A stretch of DNA of 56,318 nt from assembly GCA_031367625.1 (NCBI GenBank), contig JANLQE010000372.1:1-56318 (forward strand). The letters are read 5' to 3'. The notes beneath the pieces are model-generated. The model was not told where the DNA came from. It worked only from the letters and a program-made list of their open reading frames with translations, and did no database searches. A program made the translations under genes and the position numbers. This stretch comes from Bacteroidota bacterium. GTDB taxonomy: Bacteria > Bacteroidota > Bacteroidia > Chitinophagales > Chitinophagaceae. Below, one piece after another: positions 56,101-56,318 of the stretch (the stretch's first letter is position 1; every line of letters begins with the position of its first letter).

Positions 56101-56261
56101 GAGAATTGTTGAGTTATGAAGAGGAAAGAAATCAAAATTTACTAAAAGGGTTAATGGGGCTGGAGCAGCAGTTTAAAAATCCGCAACCGGCTATTGAAAA
56201 CAGCACACCTATTACCACAACACCGGTAACAACACCGGCGAAAGATAGCCCTAAAAAATAA
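53175..56261 (+). CDS. DUF2723 / TMEM260-like GT-C membrane glycosyltransferase
   Basis: SFWDCGEF, HSPGAPFF, FWYSAVEGEVY, GVHLL, RERDYAFVGS, GDNDTYPLWYAQEV; TATATTTG promoter at 53125-53132. Confidence 0.88.
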   Translation: MSFKRINNITGWVICIIACAVYLMTMEATGSFWDCGEFASSAYKLQIPHSPGAPFFVLIGRLFMVPFDPQHAATGINTMSALASGFTILFLFWSITHFARKIVQKDGTPLSNDKMVGIMAAGVVGSLAYAFSDSFWYSAVEGEVYALSSFFTALLFWAMLKWEQNVTAEQEMGIKGHFTKADRWIILLFFLMGLSIGVHLLNLLTIPAIVMIYFYKRYTVTPWKTFFAFVISCVITGLVQKALIQWSVSAAGGFDIFFVNSLGLPFFTGFGFFFILLVALIFLGLYYADKKNWNLLKLGLWCFLFITLGCFGSYFTTLVRSNANVSIDMNEVDNPVNLKSYVSRDQYGDWPILFGQDFTAQIQDSKITETYIKANGKYEKAGRKATYIYAPEDIHFFPRMWDQSNEQGHADYYAGWAGIGKNKDGTWERPPTMAENIGFFMSYQVNWMYWRYFMWNFAGKQNDIQGVQMGNVRDGNWKTGIGFFDNLRLGNQNNLPDSLKNNKANNSLFAFPFILGLLGLFYQVKKDNRDALVVGLLFLLTGLAISFYLNMAGNQPRERDYAFVGSFYAFAIWIGLGVLYVKDLLLPYIKNLRTSSYVAGGICLLLVPVIMASQEWDDHDRSHKVLARDLATDYLESCAPNAILITFGDNDTYPLWYAQEVQGIRKDIRVINSSLLGTDWYINQLRYKVNQSDPIDPIWSATQIEGANRDVVYNAPMPGIDAAKYMDLYSMMKDYAGSDAPDKVEQTRDGGTVNVFPSKKVSVPVDINLVKQNGTVNANDSVVSAMQFEIPKTVLYKNDAAILNIIAANKWKRPIYFTSPYGELGFQDYLRQDGLSYRLVPVKNGEVNKDWVMDKMMKKFVFGNADKPGVYFDEENRRHLNTIRLAYAQSASNLADAGRKEEAKKLLHRCDDMMLDGNFSYGMVSRNQQQNQISLQFLYAAYKAGDTALADKVSKNLKKDMEQQVAYYQSLDDSKRELLSYEEERNQNLLKGLMGLEQQFKNPQPAIENSTPITTTPVTTPAKDSPKK

Positions 56262-56280
56262 GTAGCTACGCATTATAAAG

Positions 56281-56314
56281 AAGTCTTGTGCAGCAGATGT
56301 ACAAGACTTTTTTT
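56281..56314 (+). terminator. Intrinsic terminator after the DUF2723 gene
   Basis: AAGTCTTGTGCA-GCAGA-TGTACAAGACTT, then a T run. Confidence 0.85.
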
Positions 56315-56318
56315 ATTT

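Noticed and set aside
1-56318. tRNA, rRNA, IS transposase or integrase genes
   Set aside because: None recognised; intergenic gaps are short and lack tRNA T-loop/cloverleaf patterns by eye.

Overview
AT-rich chromosomal window from a Bacteroidota genome, most likely Chitinophagaceae (inferred from SusC/SusD, a T9SS type-B CTD protein, TAnnTTTG promoters and the rpmB-rpmG-DUF4295-ftsY order). It holds about 50 mostly housekeeping genes: ECF sigma/anti-sigma/LVIVD cluster, SusCD-DeoR-anmK, Xre/RES toxin-antitoxin coupled to folK-dNK-MFS, gcvP, fabH-like, csp, glgP, mntR-mntH, GT9, DedA, gltP, APC permease, ssb, non-canonical LexA, surE, ftsY, rpmG, rpmB, a giant PKD protein and a DUF2723 GT-C protein. 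No rRNA, tRNA, CRISPR, intact IS or prophage was seen. Best leads: (1) a promoter-defined, multi-stem ~150-nt gcvP leader with no glycine-riboswitch signature; (2) a GT35 phosphorylase with Thr at the PLP-binding Lys; (3) a CAZyme-free SusCD/DeoR/AnmK locus, probably for peptidoglycan-fragment scavenging; (4) operator or promoter motifs readable for four regulators (ECF, Xre, MntR, LexA); (5) two pseudogene relics (GH92, type IIG-like R-M); (6) a candidate sRNA and intergenic repeat families. All calls come from reading motifs by eye; no database searches were run.
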